Shown in pieces: positions 10,404 through 20,600 of a DNA stretch of 64,000 nt. The stretch lies in contig AP038806.1 in assembly GCA_047150005.1 (NCBI GenBank), forward strand, positions 2,400,001 through 2,464,000. The letters are read 5' to 3'. The position numbers were made by a program, and so were the translations under genes. Source of the stretch: Nitrospira sp. GTDB lineage: Bacteria; Nitrospirota; Nitrospiria; Nitrospirales; Nitrospiraceae. Numbering within the stretch: position 1 is the first letter of the stretch; the number at the start of each line of letters is the position of its first letter. The notes beneath the pieces were generated by a model. That model was given only the letters and a program-made list of their open reading frames with translations. It was not told where the DNA came from and did not search any database.

Positions 10404-13400
10404 ATGAAAAGCTTTTCGCTGAGCAATGCAAAGTGGCTCGTCGCTCCGCTCATCATATTGGCGGGTATCGGAGCGATGTGGTCCTATTACGCCCTTATCC
10501 ACGTACCCAGTCAGGTCGAGTACTTCTCAGGGCGCAATTTGCGAATCTTGGCGACGATAGGAAACGAAATCACTTCCGTCATTCGGAATTACAACCAAGT
10601 GCAATTGAGGACTGAGCCACGCGAATACACAATTAAACATACCTTTATCCGTTCTGGCACAGGGACTTCATGGACTATCACGTACACGTCGACCGATTCA
10701 GGCACTCCTATCAAAAAAAGGGACGTCAACAATGTGAACTTCGAGCGCAGTGAGTTCGATATTGTCCTATTCGTCGATCAGAACGGGAACGTGCTCTATC
10801 AGCAAGCGCCCGTCGGTATTCAGATTGGAAGATTCGATCGGTTGATAGGATCGAGGAGTGTGGGGGCCGAAAACAAGCAAGATACTGACAAGAAGCAAGA
10901 GGAATCAAAGACTGCTACTTCGGAAGCCAGCGGAGATACCGGCGACACTAGTGAAGCTTCGTCCAGGGGTGGGAGTACTGCCTCAGCCGATGCGAGCGAT
11001 GTGAAAGATGTCACCATTGCCGGGCAAAGTTACAAGTTGTTTCTCCTGCCCATGTTGGTTCCTGTCCAAATTCAGGAGGGGGGAACCCCAGATCCTGGCG
11101 AGGGACGTTGGGTCATCGCCGGCCTGGTCAAGACAAGCCGATTCCTTTCTGAATGCAGAGCTATTTCCTACACAGTGAGGAGTGTCGTCATCTGTCTGAT
11201 TATCGTGGTGCTGGTGAGCACGCCGATAATTGGAGTGCTTACGCTTGGAAGGCGAGAACGGGTGCGCGGGTTCAACGTGGTCATGTTGGCTTATTCACTC
11301 CTGATGGGAACGGGTCTGCTTACTCTGTTTCTGTCTGATGTGGTCGCCTATGCCAGCGCTGAAAGGCACTTGAACGACGAAACGAGACGGCTCGCCAAGG
11401 AGATCGCGAACAACGTACAAGAAGAAATACATCGGGCCTACCGTCAACTCCATCTTTTGACCAAGCGGGCAGAGCCTGACCTAGAGGCGGCCAGGATCCA
11501 AGAGGTCAAGGACGAGAAGGAAGCAAACCGTCTCGGCATAAGGAAGAACATCCTCGACACAAAGACGAATTGGATTATCAAAGAGCCATATCCGTTCCTT
11601 CGTATGGCATTTTGGATTGAGCCTAACGGATACCAAGGGGTCAAATGGTTCGCTCAATCTGCCCCTACACCGTTCCTATCGGTCAGTGAACGATCCTATT
11701 TTCAACATGTAAAAGAAGATCAACTGTGGACCATCCCCCTGGTGGAAGAGAAAACAGAGAGTCCTGCGAGGCTGTGGGTCGAGCCCATCTATTCGTGGAC
11801 CACAGCCGAAAATTCGACTGTGCTGGCCATCCCTGTATCCCCGGTCCTGCCTGGATTCGAGAGCTGGGCCGCGGCATTAGAGACGAAGTTCCTCTCCTTG
11901 ATCAATCCGGTCCTGCCGAAAGGGTTCGGATACGCGGTCATTGACGGAACCGGGAAAGTCCTGTTTCACTCGGATGAACGGCGTAACCTCCGGGAATCGT
12001 TCATTGAGGAAACCGATCATAATCGCCGGATCCAAGCGGCACTGGCCGGGCGCAGTGAACAGGAGGGTGATGGCCTGTATTGGGGGCATGATCATCATTT
12101 TGTGGTGAAACCCTTGGAGCGACTCCCATGGACCCTTGTGGTATTCCGAGACAAGGAATTGCTCCGCACAGCCGATGCTGAGGGCTTGGCCACGGCCGGC
12201 CTCATGCTCCTCTTGTATGTTTTGATCATGAGCGCGCTGTTTTCTGTGAGTTGGGTCTTTTGCTGCCTCAGAAGATCTCCGCACAAGTACCGAGCGACCT
12301 GGCTCTGGTTGCGCCTTGACAAGCATCAGGCTTATCGCCGCACCTTATTTTTCAATATAGAAATGTCGTTGGTCCTTGTCATGGTTATCCTGTGGGGCAG
12401 CCCATCGCTGACCACCGCAGCGGGTGCGCTCGTTCCCATTGTGGCGGTTGGTTTTGGCGTGTTCCAATGGCAACGACGCTCGCACAGCGGACGCAAGGTG
12501 ACGAATGCAGGAGAAGTGCTCTATCAGGCGGCCGCCGTATCCTTCGTCGTGGTTCTGGGTGTCCTGCCTGCCTTAGCATTCTTCAGGGTAGCGTATGAAG
12601 TGGAGCATGATCTCTTCCTCAAGCAAGGCCAGGCCAGCCTTGCGGCGGGGTTGCTGGATCGGGAGCAGCGCGTGCGGAAGGACTATGAGAAGGTCAACTT
12701 GCCCGGGGACCTCAAGCAGGAATTCTTTCGGCGGCGATTGGCCGAATTCTCCGGAGAAAACTATCTGGACATATATCACCGATTTTTTGCAAACACCCAG
12801 ATAGAGTATGTCGACGATAATTCGATCCCCAAAATCCACCCCACTCGAAACGAAGGACAGTTGCGTTGGTTGCTGGAAACGATTCGAATTCCATTTAACA
12901 ATTTGGCCACCGAATCTTCTGGCTTGATGGGCGCTGGTTCAGGCGACGGATTGTTCACCTGGGAATCGCCTTCGGGCGCTCAATTGGATCTGTATTACAG
13001 GCCGGTCGAACGACCTCAGGCTGCGCACCATGTGATCAAGCTCAGCTCAAATAGGCTGGTCCTTCTAAATAAGGACACGTTGTTAGAGGTCGCGCTTGCG
13101 ATCGCCCTCTTGGGATGCAACATCTTTCTTATAGTCAGCCTTATCGGACGGACCGTCTTCGCTAGCCATGTCCCCGCAGCTTCTGGATACAAGACAGGGC
13201 AACGAGGGGACGAACCTTATGCCGGAAGTTATAGCGGGAACGTGCTTATTCTCGGATCCCGGCCGCCCCATCGGGCGCTACGTGCTTCGTCACATATCAT
13301 CGACCTTGGCTCGGTCATGGTCGATGACGCGTGGATCGATTCTGTGAGAGCCGATATCGCCAAGGTCCATGGGACGCCTGTTGCCTTTCGCAATTGGGAG

Positions 13401-14282
13401 TCCCACATGGACGATCCACTGAGGAATCAACAGAAGTTACAGTTCCTGCGTGACCTGCAGGCGGAAGGACGATCATTGGTTATTCAGTCGAGAACTGATC
13501 CGACCCAGTTTGAGTTGAGTGATGAAGCAGGCCGTCACACCGAAACACAATGGCTGCATGCGCTGAGGTCCTTTTCCCGGGTCTATCCGGACGACGATCC
13601 TGGAGATAGCGCTGCATTCGAAAAGCTTGTGGATGATAAAGAGCAGGAGGCATTGCGAGAGTTGAATGTAACCTCTCAAGAAGAGAAGCGGAAGGCTCAG
13701 ATGGTGATCGGAACAGCCTGCCGGATTCTTCGGGACGAATGTAGTCCGACTTACCGTCTCCAAGCTATCGGGAGTGGGATCGTACAGCTTCTCGATTTCA
13801 GCCGGGTGAGCAGTGGAGAAGTCCGGGAAGCGATCAGCCGTGCTGCGACCGGGTACTATCATCAACTCTGGACTACATGCTCGCGGGGAGAGCAATATGT
13901 CTTGTTTGCCCTGGCAAAGGACGGATTCATTCTGAGCATCCAGTCCGATGTGCGAAATCTTTTGAGACGAGGGCTCATCGAACGCAAACCCATGCTGGTC
14001 CCTTTCAACACGACGTTTCGTCAGTGGATTCTGGACGAAGGCAGTGACCCCAGTTACGCCAAGGCCTGGACAAAAGGGGAGCCGCAGCGGACTTGGGTGA
14101 AGGCCAGACATGTCATGGTGGCGCTCCTGGCCGCCCTGGCGTTGTTCCTTTATGCAACTCAACAGGAACAGGTGAACTATATTATGCAGTTCGCCACAGC
14201 GCTGTTTGCCGGTATCCCGATCCTTGCGGAATGGCTGGGTCAAATGTCGAGTGAGAAGACGGCGCCTACTACAACTACGTAA
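10404..14282 (+). CDS. Large multi-pass membrane protein with Cache-like extracytoplasmic domains and a cytoplasmic degenerate NTPase/winged-helix-like tail
   Basis: Several TM stretches; Cache-like SERSYFQHV, PIYSWTT, YAVIDGTGKVLFHSD, LPWTLVVF; tail YYHQLWTTCSRGEQYVLFALA...LLRRGLI...FNTTFRQWI; no kinase or GGDEF motif seen. Confidence 0.6.
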   Translation: MKSFSLSNAKWLVAPLIILAGIGAMWSYYALIHVPSQVEYFSGRNLRILATIGNEITSVIRNYNQVQLRTEPREYTIKHTFIRSGTGTSWTITYTSTDSGTPIKKRDVNNVNFERSEFDIVLFVDQNGNVLYQQAPVGIQIGRFDRLIGSRSVGAENKQDTDKKQEESKTATSEASGDTGDTSEASSRGGSTASADASDVKDVTIAGQSYKLFLLPMLVPVQIQEGGTPDPGEGRWVIAGLVKTSRFLSECRAISYTVRSVVICLIIVVLVSTPIIGVLTLGRRERVRGFNVVMLAYSLLMGTGLLTLFLSDVVAYASAERHLNDETRRLAKEIANNVQEEIHRAYRQLHLLTKRAEPDLEAARIQEVKDEKEANRLGIRKNILDTKTNWIIKEPYPFLRMAFWIEPNGYQGVKWFAQSAPTPFLSVSERSYFQHVKEDQLWTIPLVEEKTESPARLWVEPIYSWTTAENSTVLAIPVSPVLPGFESWAAALETKFLSLINPVLPKGFGYAVIDGTGKVLFHSDERRNLRESFIEETDHNRRIQAALAGRSEQEGDGLYWGHDHHFVVKPLERLPWTLVVFRDKELLRTADAEGLATAGLMLLLYVLIMSALFSVSWVFCCLRRSPHKYRATWLWLRLDKHQAYRRTLFFNIEMSLVLVMVILWGSPSLTTAAGALVPIVAVGFGVFQWQRRSHSGRKVTNAGEVLYQAAAVSFVVVLGVLPALAFFRVAYEVEHDLFLKQGQASLAAGLLDREQRVRKDYEKVNLPGDLKQEFFRRRLAEFSGENYLDIYHRFFANTQIEYVDDNSIPKIHPTRNEGQLRWLLETIRIPFNNLATESSGLMGAGSGDGLFTWESPSGAQLDLYYRPVERPQAAHHVIKLSSNRLVLLNKDTLLEVALAIALLGCNIFLIVSLIGRTVFASHVPAASGYKTGQRGDEPYAGSYSGNVLILGSRPPHRALRASSHIIDLGSVMVDDAWIDSVRADIAKVHGTPVAFRNWESHMDDPLRNQQKLQFLRDLQAEGRSLVIQSRTDPTQFELSDEAGRHTETQWLHALRSFSRVYPDDDPGDSAAFEKLVDDKEQEALRELNVTSQEEKRKAQMVIGTACRILRDECSPTYRLQAIGSGIVQLLDFSRVSSGEVREAISRAATGYYHQLWTTCSRGEQYVLFALAKDGFILSIQSDVRNLLRRGLIERKPMLVPFNTTFRQWILDEGSDPSYAKAWTKGEPQRTWVKARHVMVALLAALALFLYATQQEQVNYIMQFATALFAGIPILAEWLGQMSSEKTAPTTTT

Positions 14283-14608
14283 TGTCGCTTGAACTGTTTC
14301 AGTCGCATACATACAGAGCCGCGCTCATCCTCAATAATCATAGATTCCGGTGCTGCTTTCCAGGGCCGTGATTTACGTTCCATTGTCATGACAATCCGAG
14401 AATGGAAGCCGTGAAGCAGATTAATCAGCCCCGACATGGCACGAATGGATTCACCTCCGTGCTACTCGCCTCAATGCCATCATTGTAATGTTTTGAGATT
14501 CTTTCAGAATGTCTGCTTATCCTCTCGAGACGACAGCTGGACCAATTTATGCACATTATTTCTCTCATCTCGATTCCGATACTCCACAATCTGAGAGCGA
14601 GGGATACC

Positions 14609-14971
14609 ATGTCTACTCATATCATTCATAAATTAGTCGCGTTGCTCCTTTGTCTCGCAAGCACCGGCTGCACGGTTGCTACAGGCAATCGCGATGTCGC
14701 CAGTAAGGCGGCACGAGATCGGATCCATCCAGGCATGACAAAAGCTGAGGTGAGTGGGATCATGGGAAAGCCCGCTCTGACGATTGATCGTGAGGGAAAG
14801 TCGGACAGATGGGCATACGGTTACGCGGAGATGAAGTGGAAGCCGTGGCCCTTTGCGAAGCGGGACGAACCGGAATTTCTGCTTAGCGGGCTGGAAGTAT
14901 CATTCTCGCGGAAAGGGACCGTGACAGGTGTGGACGCCTGTCGCGTATGTAGCGAGCCGGAATGCAAGTAA
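14609..14971 (+). CDS. SmpA/OmlA (BamE)-like lipoprotein
   Basis: Lipobox STGC; IHPGMTKAEVSGIMGKP...W.Y motif; start ATG 14609. Confidence 0.7.
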   Translation: MSTHIIHKLVALLLCLASTGCTVATGNRDVASKAARDRIHPGMTKAEVSGIMGKPALTIDREGKSDRWAYGYAEMKWKPWPFAKRDEPEFLLSGLEVSFSRKGTVTGVDACRVCSEPECK

Positions 14972-15092
14972 TTTGCATATGAGGCATACAAAGGTGTTGA
15001 GGGGGCAGGGCCCGCCATCTTGATTGACGACAGCGAAAGGAACACAATAGCTCACTGTTTCGCATCTCTCGCTGATCTCCAGGAGGCCCGCC

Positions 15093-16133
15093 ATGTCACT
15101 CCATTTGCTTCCACGAGCATATGCGTCTGAAAAACACCGGAAGCAGCCGTTGCTTCCCGCGCAATCGAATGTGACACACAGAACACGTACTCACCCTCTG
15201 CTACGGCTACAGCAAACGATCGGGAATCGCGCAGTCCAAGGGCTGATCCAAACGAAGCGCCTGGGGGCTGAGCCCGGTTATGTCCTACAGCCAAGATTAA
15301 TGGTCGGGGCGGCGCATGACCACTACGAGCAAGAGGCTGATGCCGTGGCACAACGTGTCATGACCATGCCTGCTCCGGCTGCGCCATCTTCCATTCAGCG
15401 TCAAGGAGTACCGGAGGAAAAGGACAAGGAGAGGACACTGCAAACCAAGCCGCTCACGGATTCAATCACCCCGTTTCTACAGCGCGAGATGATGCCGGAG
15501 GAGGAGAAAGAAAAGCCGGTTCAGGCGAAGTTCTCTGTGCAGCGAACTGCAGGAGTAGAGGACTTTGATTCCGGAGCGGATCTCGAAGCTCGTTTATCCC
15601 GCAGCCAAGGTGGGGGCAGCGCCCTGCCGGACCATGTGCGTTCGTATATGGAACCGCGGTTCGGAGTCAATTTCAGCGGCGTGCGGGTCCATACCGATCA
15701 TGAAGCGGCGCAGATGAATCAGACTGTCGGTGCCCAAGCATTTACTCATGGCCAGGATATCTACTTCGGCGCTGGTAAGGCTCCCGGCATTTCTGACTTG
15801 ATGGCCCATGAGCTCACCCATGTCGTGCAACAGACGGGTTATAGAGCATTTCATCATCAACGGATGGAAGTGAATCACACATGTCCGACATGTGCAAAGA
15901 TGCCCCAGCTGTCTCATGCCTGTCCGAGTTGTCAAGAACGCCAAGTGGTTCAACGGTTGACCAGTCGCCAGGAGTGTGACCGCCTACGGGGTAGTTGTAA
16001 TTGGTTCTGCACGAAGCGGCATCTCTGGCTCTTTCCGCCGGATGTGAGCGGATGGCTCAATTGCCGGAAGAACTTTTGCGACTCGTGCTACAGGAAATGT
16101 TTGAATGACGGCACCTTCCCCTGCGTGTTCTGA
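15093..16133 (+). CDS. DUF4157 (eCIS-core) protein with Cys-rich C-terminus; candidate eCIS effector
   Basis: DHYEQEADAVA, LPDHVRSYMEPRFGVNFSGVRVH, AQAFTHGQDIYF, LMAHELTHVVQQ; AGGAGG RBS. Confidence 0.9.
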   Translation: MSLHLLPRAYASEKHRKQPLLPAQSNVTHRTRTHPLLRLQQTIGNRAVQGLIQTKRLGAEPGYVLQPRLMVGAAHDHYEQEADAVAQRVMTMPAPAAPSSIQRQGVPEEKDKERTLQTKPLTDSITPFLQREMMPEEEKEKPVQAKFSVQRTAGVEDFDSGADLEARLSRSQGGGSALPDHVRSYMEPRFGVNFSGVRVHTDHEAAQMNQTVGAQAFTHGQDIYFGAGKAPGISDLMAHELTHVVQQTGYRAFHHQRMEVNHTCPTCAKMPQLSHACPSCQERQVVQRLTSRQECDRLRGSCNWFCTKRHLWLFPPDVSGWLNCRKNFCDSCYRKCLNDGTFPCVF

Positions 16134-16161
16134 TGAGATAGCCTACTTGAATGCGACGTTC

Positions 16162-17250
16162 ATGACTTTTCGACTCCTCACGAAACCGCAGGAGGGTCAA
16201 TATCAGAAAGCCACCCGCTCCTCTCTTACGCTAACCACATCGACTAGATCCACACGCCATTCCATTCTGCAGTTTCAGCAAACGCTCGGGAATCATACCG
16301 TTCAACGACTCATCCAAGCCAAGCGGATCGACCCGCTGAGGTCGTCGGGCTACCTGCAGCCGAAACTCGTCGTCGGGGCCGCCGGGGACGAGTACGAACA
16401 GGAGGCGGATCACATCGCCAATCGCGTCATGACCATGCCAGTTCCTGCTGTGCCACAATCGATACAGCGCCAAACCATGCCTGAGGAAAAGGACAAAGAC
16501 AAGACACTTCAAATCAAGCCGCTCGCTGCCTCGATCACGCCGCTTGTGCAATGCCAGACGATGCCGGAGGAGGAAGAAAATCCGGTTCAGGAGAAGTTCT
16601 CTGTGCAGCGAACTGCAGACACGGAGTGCGTTGACGCCGGAGCGGATCTGGAAAATCGGTTATCTAGCGGTCAAGGTGGGAGCAGTGCCCTTCCGGACCA
16701 TGTGCGTTCTTATATGGAGCCCCGGCGAATCCAGCGCTATACGGTCCCCAGCACATTGGAATGCGAGGACGTTGTGGATTGGCTCGATAACAATTCACCC
16801 TATAGCCCGGAATGGGCGCAAACCCAGTGCACCTACACATTCCAGGGGAACCTCCGCATCAGCCCGCCGGTGACATCGGGCGCGGGGGTGAGCCTCACCG
16901 TCACTGGCCACAGTCGCCTCAGCGTGTCGGTCAGCTGCCCGATTGATAGTCCGCAGTGGTCGCCGTCACTTCGCCAAGCCCGTGCTGCGGTGGTGGCCGC
17001 ATGGAGACGCATGAAGACCTCGCTGGACGCCCATGAACAACAGCACCGTGCGATCGGTCGCGCCTGGCGCGCGACGTTGGAAGCTCGGTTCCGCGGGGTT
17101 AGTTTCACCGTGACAGGAACGGACAAGACTGATGCGATGAGTCAGGTACGTGACGAAATTGCGTCATTGCAGCAACAATGGATCGCGGAAGCTCAAGCGG
17201 ACCAGGATGCCATTGATCCGTTTAGGGGAGCGGTGTTGAATTGCCCTTGA
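16162..17250 (+). CDS. Paralog of the preceding effector lacking the DUF4157 core, with DUF922-like HExxH C-terminal domain
   Basis: N-terminal half matches the 15093 gene up to LPDHVRSYMEPR, then RIQR and an unrelated domain with WRRMKTSLDAHEQQH; start uncertain (16105 or 16162). Confidence 0.7.
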   Translation: MTFRLLTKPQEGQYQKATRSSLTLTTSTRSTRHSILQFQQTLGNHTVQRLIQAKRIDPLRSSGYLQPKLVVGAAGDEYEQEADHIANRVMTMPVPAVPQSIQRQTMPEEKDKDKTLQIKPLAASITPLVQCQTMPEEEENPVQEKFSVQRTADTECVDAGADLENRLSSGQGGSSALPDHVRSYMEPRRIQRYTVPSTLECEDVVDWLDNNSPYSPEWAQTQCTYTFQGNLRISPPVTSGAGVSLTVTGHSRLSVSVSCPIDSPQWSPSLRQARAAVVAAWRRMKTSLDAHEQQHRAIGRAWRATLEARFRGVSFTVTGTDKTDAMSQVRDEIASLQQQWIAEAQADQDAIDPFRGAVLNCP

Positions 17251-17313
17251 GTTTCCCCAATTAATATCGCACCTCTTCTTCTAAATCCAACTCCCTCCGA
17301 TAAATCCCTTAAC

Positions 17314-17685
17314 TCAATCAATGTTTGCTTCCTTCTTCAGTTCATCGAGTGTAGGGATATACCAGTCGGGTGAATCACGTTTTTGAAACTCCTGCAGAAC
17401 CCATGGAGTTAAATCTAATTCTTGAGTGTAGTTCCAGCGTGGTTCAATAACATTTTCGCCGTTCAACTGGTAGATCTGTACAGGTGGGTCACCTTGCAAA
17501 GGGCCCTGGCTGATCCACAGTCTGAGGCAGAATGCCTCTGCTTTCAGAATTATGGAGTCGGGATAGTCAGGATGCTCGGAGCAGGTGAACCGGCATCCTA
17601 GCACTCGCTCAGCTCGCTCTCCGATTACGGATATCGACTGATTAGATTTCAAACGTATACCAAAAGAAACAAAAATGTTCTGCAT
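17314..17685 (-). CDS. Candidate immunity protein for the upstream toxin
   Basis: 123-aa ORF starting 12 nt after the toxin stop on the same strand; visibly AT-richer; no recognised family. Confidence 0.6.
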   Translation of the reverse strand: MQNIFVSFGIRLKSNQSISVIGERAERVLGCRFTCSEHPDYPDSIILKAEAFCLRLWISQGPLQGDPPVQIYQLNGENVIEPRWNYTQELDLTPWVLQEFQKRDSPDWYIPTLDELKKEANID

Positions 17686-17697
17686 GGCGTCGTTAGA

Positions 17698-20600
17698 TTA
17701 TGAGGCAACCGGTGCAGGCCCAGTCAGAACTGGTGACTTGATTTCAACGTGTCTCTCACCTGCAAATTCCCGGGTCCCAGACTTTGAAAGCAATTCGCGC
17801 ACATTTGAAACGGCGCGCAATTTCATAGAGAACTTGCCTTTTCGCACACCAGTGATCGTATCATAAGCGGCTGACATCGCGGCCATCTTACCTCTGAGTT
17901 CTGGATGACGATCTGCCCAAAGTTCTTGTTCGGCAGCGAGCTCAGGTCGTCGACCAGCGACAGCCTCGAGGTAGAGTTTGTCACTTTCCACGAAGAAATC
18001 GATATCAAAATCCCAGGGATTGAACTCGGCGAACCCCTTACTAACGCCTCTGCGGCCTTTGGCGAGGCTGCCGCGATATTTTAGCCGAGCTTCCGGATCC
18101 AGAGTTTGGATTTCAGCTGCGAATTGCTCCAGCTTCTGCTGTGCTTCATTCTTCCGTTCCTCCCATACTTTATCCGCGGCCTCGTTCGCCTGTCGATCCA
18201 ACTCTGCCTTAATAGCCTCGTCACTAAAGTCCATCACAGGGATCCCTGCCTTGGTAGACCAATCGGAAATTTCGTCGGTAAGCGACTTGACGGTGATATC
18301 GAGTTCCGCGAGAAGGTCCTTGAACTGCGCTGACTTGATTCCTTCTAGACGTGACACTGCGCTTGTGAGTGCGGATGTCTTCTTGGCTTCAATATAAGGC
18401 TTAATAAGGAGAGTAAACTCTTCCTTAATCGCTGGATTTCCAATGTCGTTAATGTAGTTCTCCCAGCGCTTGAGTATACGATCAACTTGACTGAGTTTGT
18501 TTAAGAGTCTCTCTTCCTTTGAGGCCAACCAGACGGTGAGGTGGCCTCCCTCTTCCTTGAGTGTCAACGTATGAACAGAACCTGCCATGGTCAATGACCT
18601 TGAAAAGGGTAATCCTGTGGCACCGCCGAACAAGGGGAATAGTTCTTTTAGCGTATCGGCAAGGGAATGCTCGACAGATTTGATCCCGTCCTTCGCGGCG
18701 CTTGCTGCATCTGCGTCGGCAGAGATAAACCGATCCGCGTCCTTGTCGGTCTTGGAAAGCAGGGAACGAGCACGGTTCAGGAGAGCTGGTGCCTTTCCTT
18801 TACCCTCTGGAGCGAGCGCTGAAATATGTCCCTCCATGTTCGCGAGGATTTTCTCTAGTGGCTCAGGTGCACTCGCTACCATCACTGTGGCCTCGGTGCC
18901 TGAGACATGTATGAAGAGCCGATGTTGCACTTCGCCAGCAGAAAACGGTACTGGCTCGCTTATGCCTCCGGTTTTTGTGTCCATGTCCTTTTTGTCTTTT
19001 TCCCTTCCGAATCCCAACAGCTTCCCGGCTGCTTTCACCAACTTCACAGCCTGACTAATGACCCAATCGATCGCCTTGTTGACCGGCTCCTGGGCCTTCT
19101 CGATGGTCTTCCTAATCGTTCCGGTGATATCGCCGAGGCCCAGGAGACCGGCAAGGAACCCGATCGCAACCGGAATGGCTTTGGCGAGCGCTTCTTCAAT
19201 CCATTTCACGGCCGCCCCAAGTGACCCCTTTGCGATGGCTGCCATTGAGTCGACAATGGCGTTTACAAGGGCAACGATTTGCGAGCCCCGCTCGATAAAG
19301 AACATCACGATGTCATAGATCGCCTTGCAGGCTTTGAAGAACGCTGACGCAGGATTGAGAAGCCCAATGATCCAGGTGATACCTGCAATAATGACCCGCT
19401 CTTTGATGAAGTCGAAGATTGCATCAAGCACCATCGACTTGAGATCTGTAACCTTCTCCTTGATGAACCGCCACAGGCCGGCAACGCCCTCTGTGGCGAA
19501 CGCTTTGAACACATCTGCGGCCTTTTCAAGTGCCGCGACGACCGGTTCCCCGATGAGTTTAACCGCCCGTGAACGAAAGTAGGCATAGGTCAGACCGAGC
19601 AGCTGGAAGATAATACTGAGAATGCCCTTCAAATCGAATGTTTCAGGGAGTTGGAGCCCGGCTCCGGCAAGTGCTCCGAACAACCATTCCATGAGTCCCT
19701 TCTGAAGATAGGCTCCGATCTTCCCCATGAAATTCTTGAGGCCTGACATGACCGCCGACACAAGATTGCCTAGGAAGCCGATGGGATCAGAGATGATGTC
19801 CTCGATCACACCGGCTGCCTTCGCCAGGATGCTGAGCAGCATGTCCTTGAAGGCGAGAATCTTCTTAATGAGGCCGACGGTGGCGTCGTAGACGCGCTGC
19901 CACAACGACTTGTTCTCCTCGCGGAGTTTCTCCTCCATCGCAGACATCCGCTCATAAGAGTCCTTGTACTGTTGCGCTAGCTTATCGATGAGGCCATCGC
20001 GGCGCTGGTCGATTTCGGATTCCATCGCCTCGAATTCACCTTCAACCTTTTTCAGCGCTTCTTCACCGAACTGCCTGACGTTCACATTCAGTCCTCTGAC
20101 GAAGTCCTTCACCTGGTTGTGGCCTTCGGCGACCCGTTGCTTGGCCGCCTGCACCTTGGCATCGATGCAATTGGCGACTTTGTCGATCGCCTCGTTCACT
20201 TTTTCTAAATATTGCGCGCGCGCCTTCGCGAGCGACCGCTCGATCAATTCCTCCCAATCGCTGCCCCAGGTTGTGAGCCAGGTTCCAACCCCGCCTTTTT
20301 CTTCCTCAAACGTCTCCCCGTACGCACGCTCCGCCTCCCGAAGGCCGGCCCCGAAAATGTCACCCGCCTCCTTGTCCATCGATATCAGGATTGAATCGAC
20401 GTCCGCCTTCGTCTCGTTCTTGATTCCAGCGATGGTGTCGGTAATGCGCTGGCGCTCGATCGCGTCCTTGGTCTTTGTGCCGACTTGCTGGCCAACGACC
20501 TGGCCGATATGCAGTTCTCGCACGCCATGCATGGCCGCCAATCCCTCGGCGAGTTCAGCTTCAGCGGCATGGTGCGCCTGGACCTGAACCTTGGCTTCGG

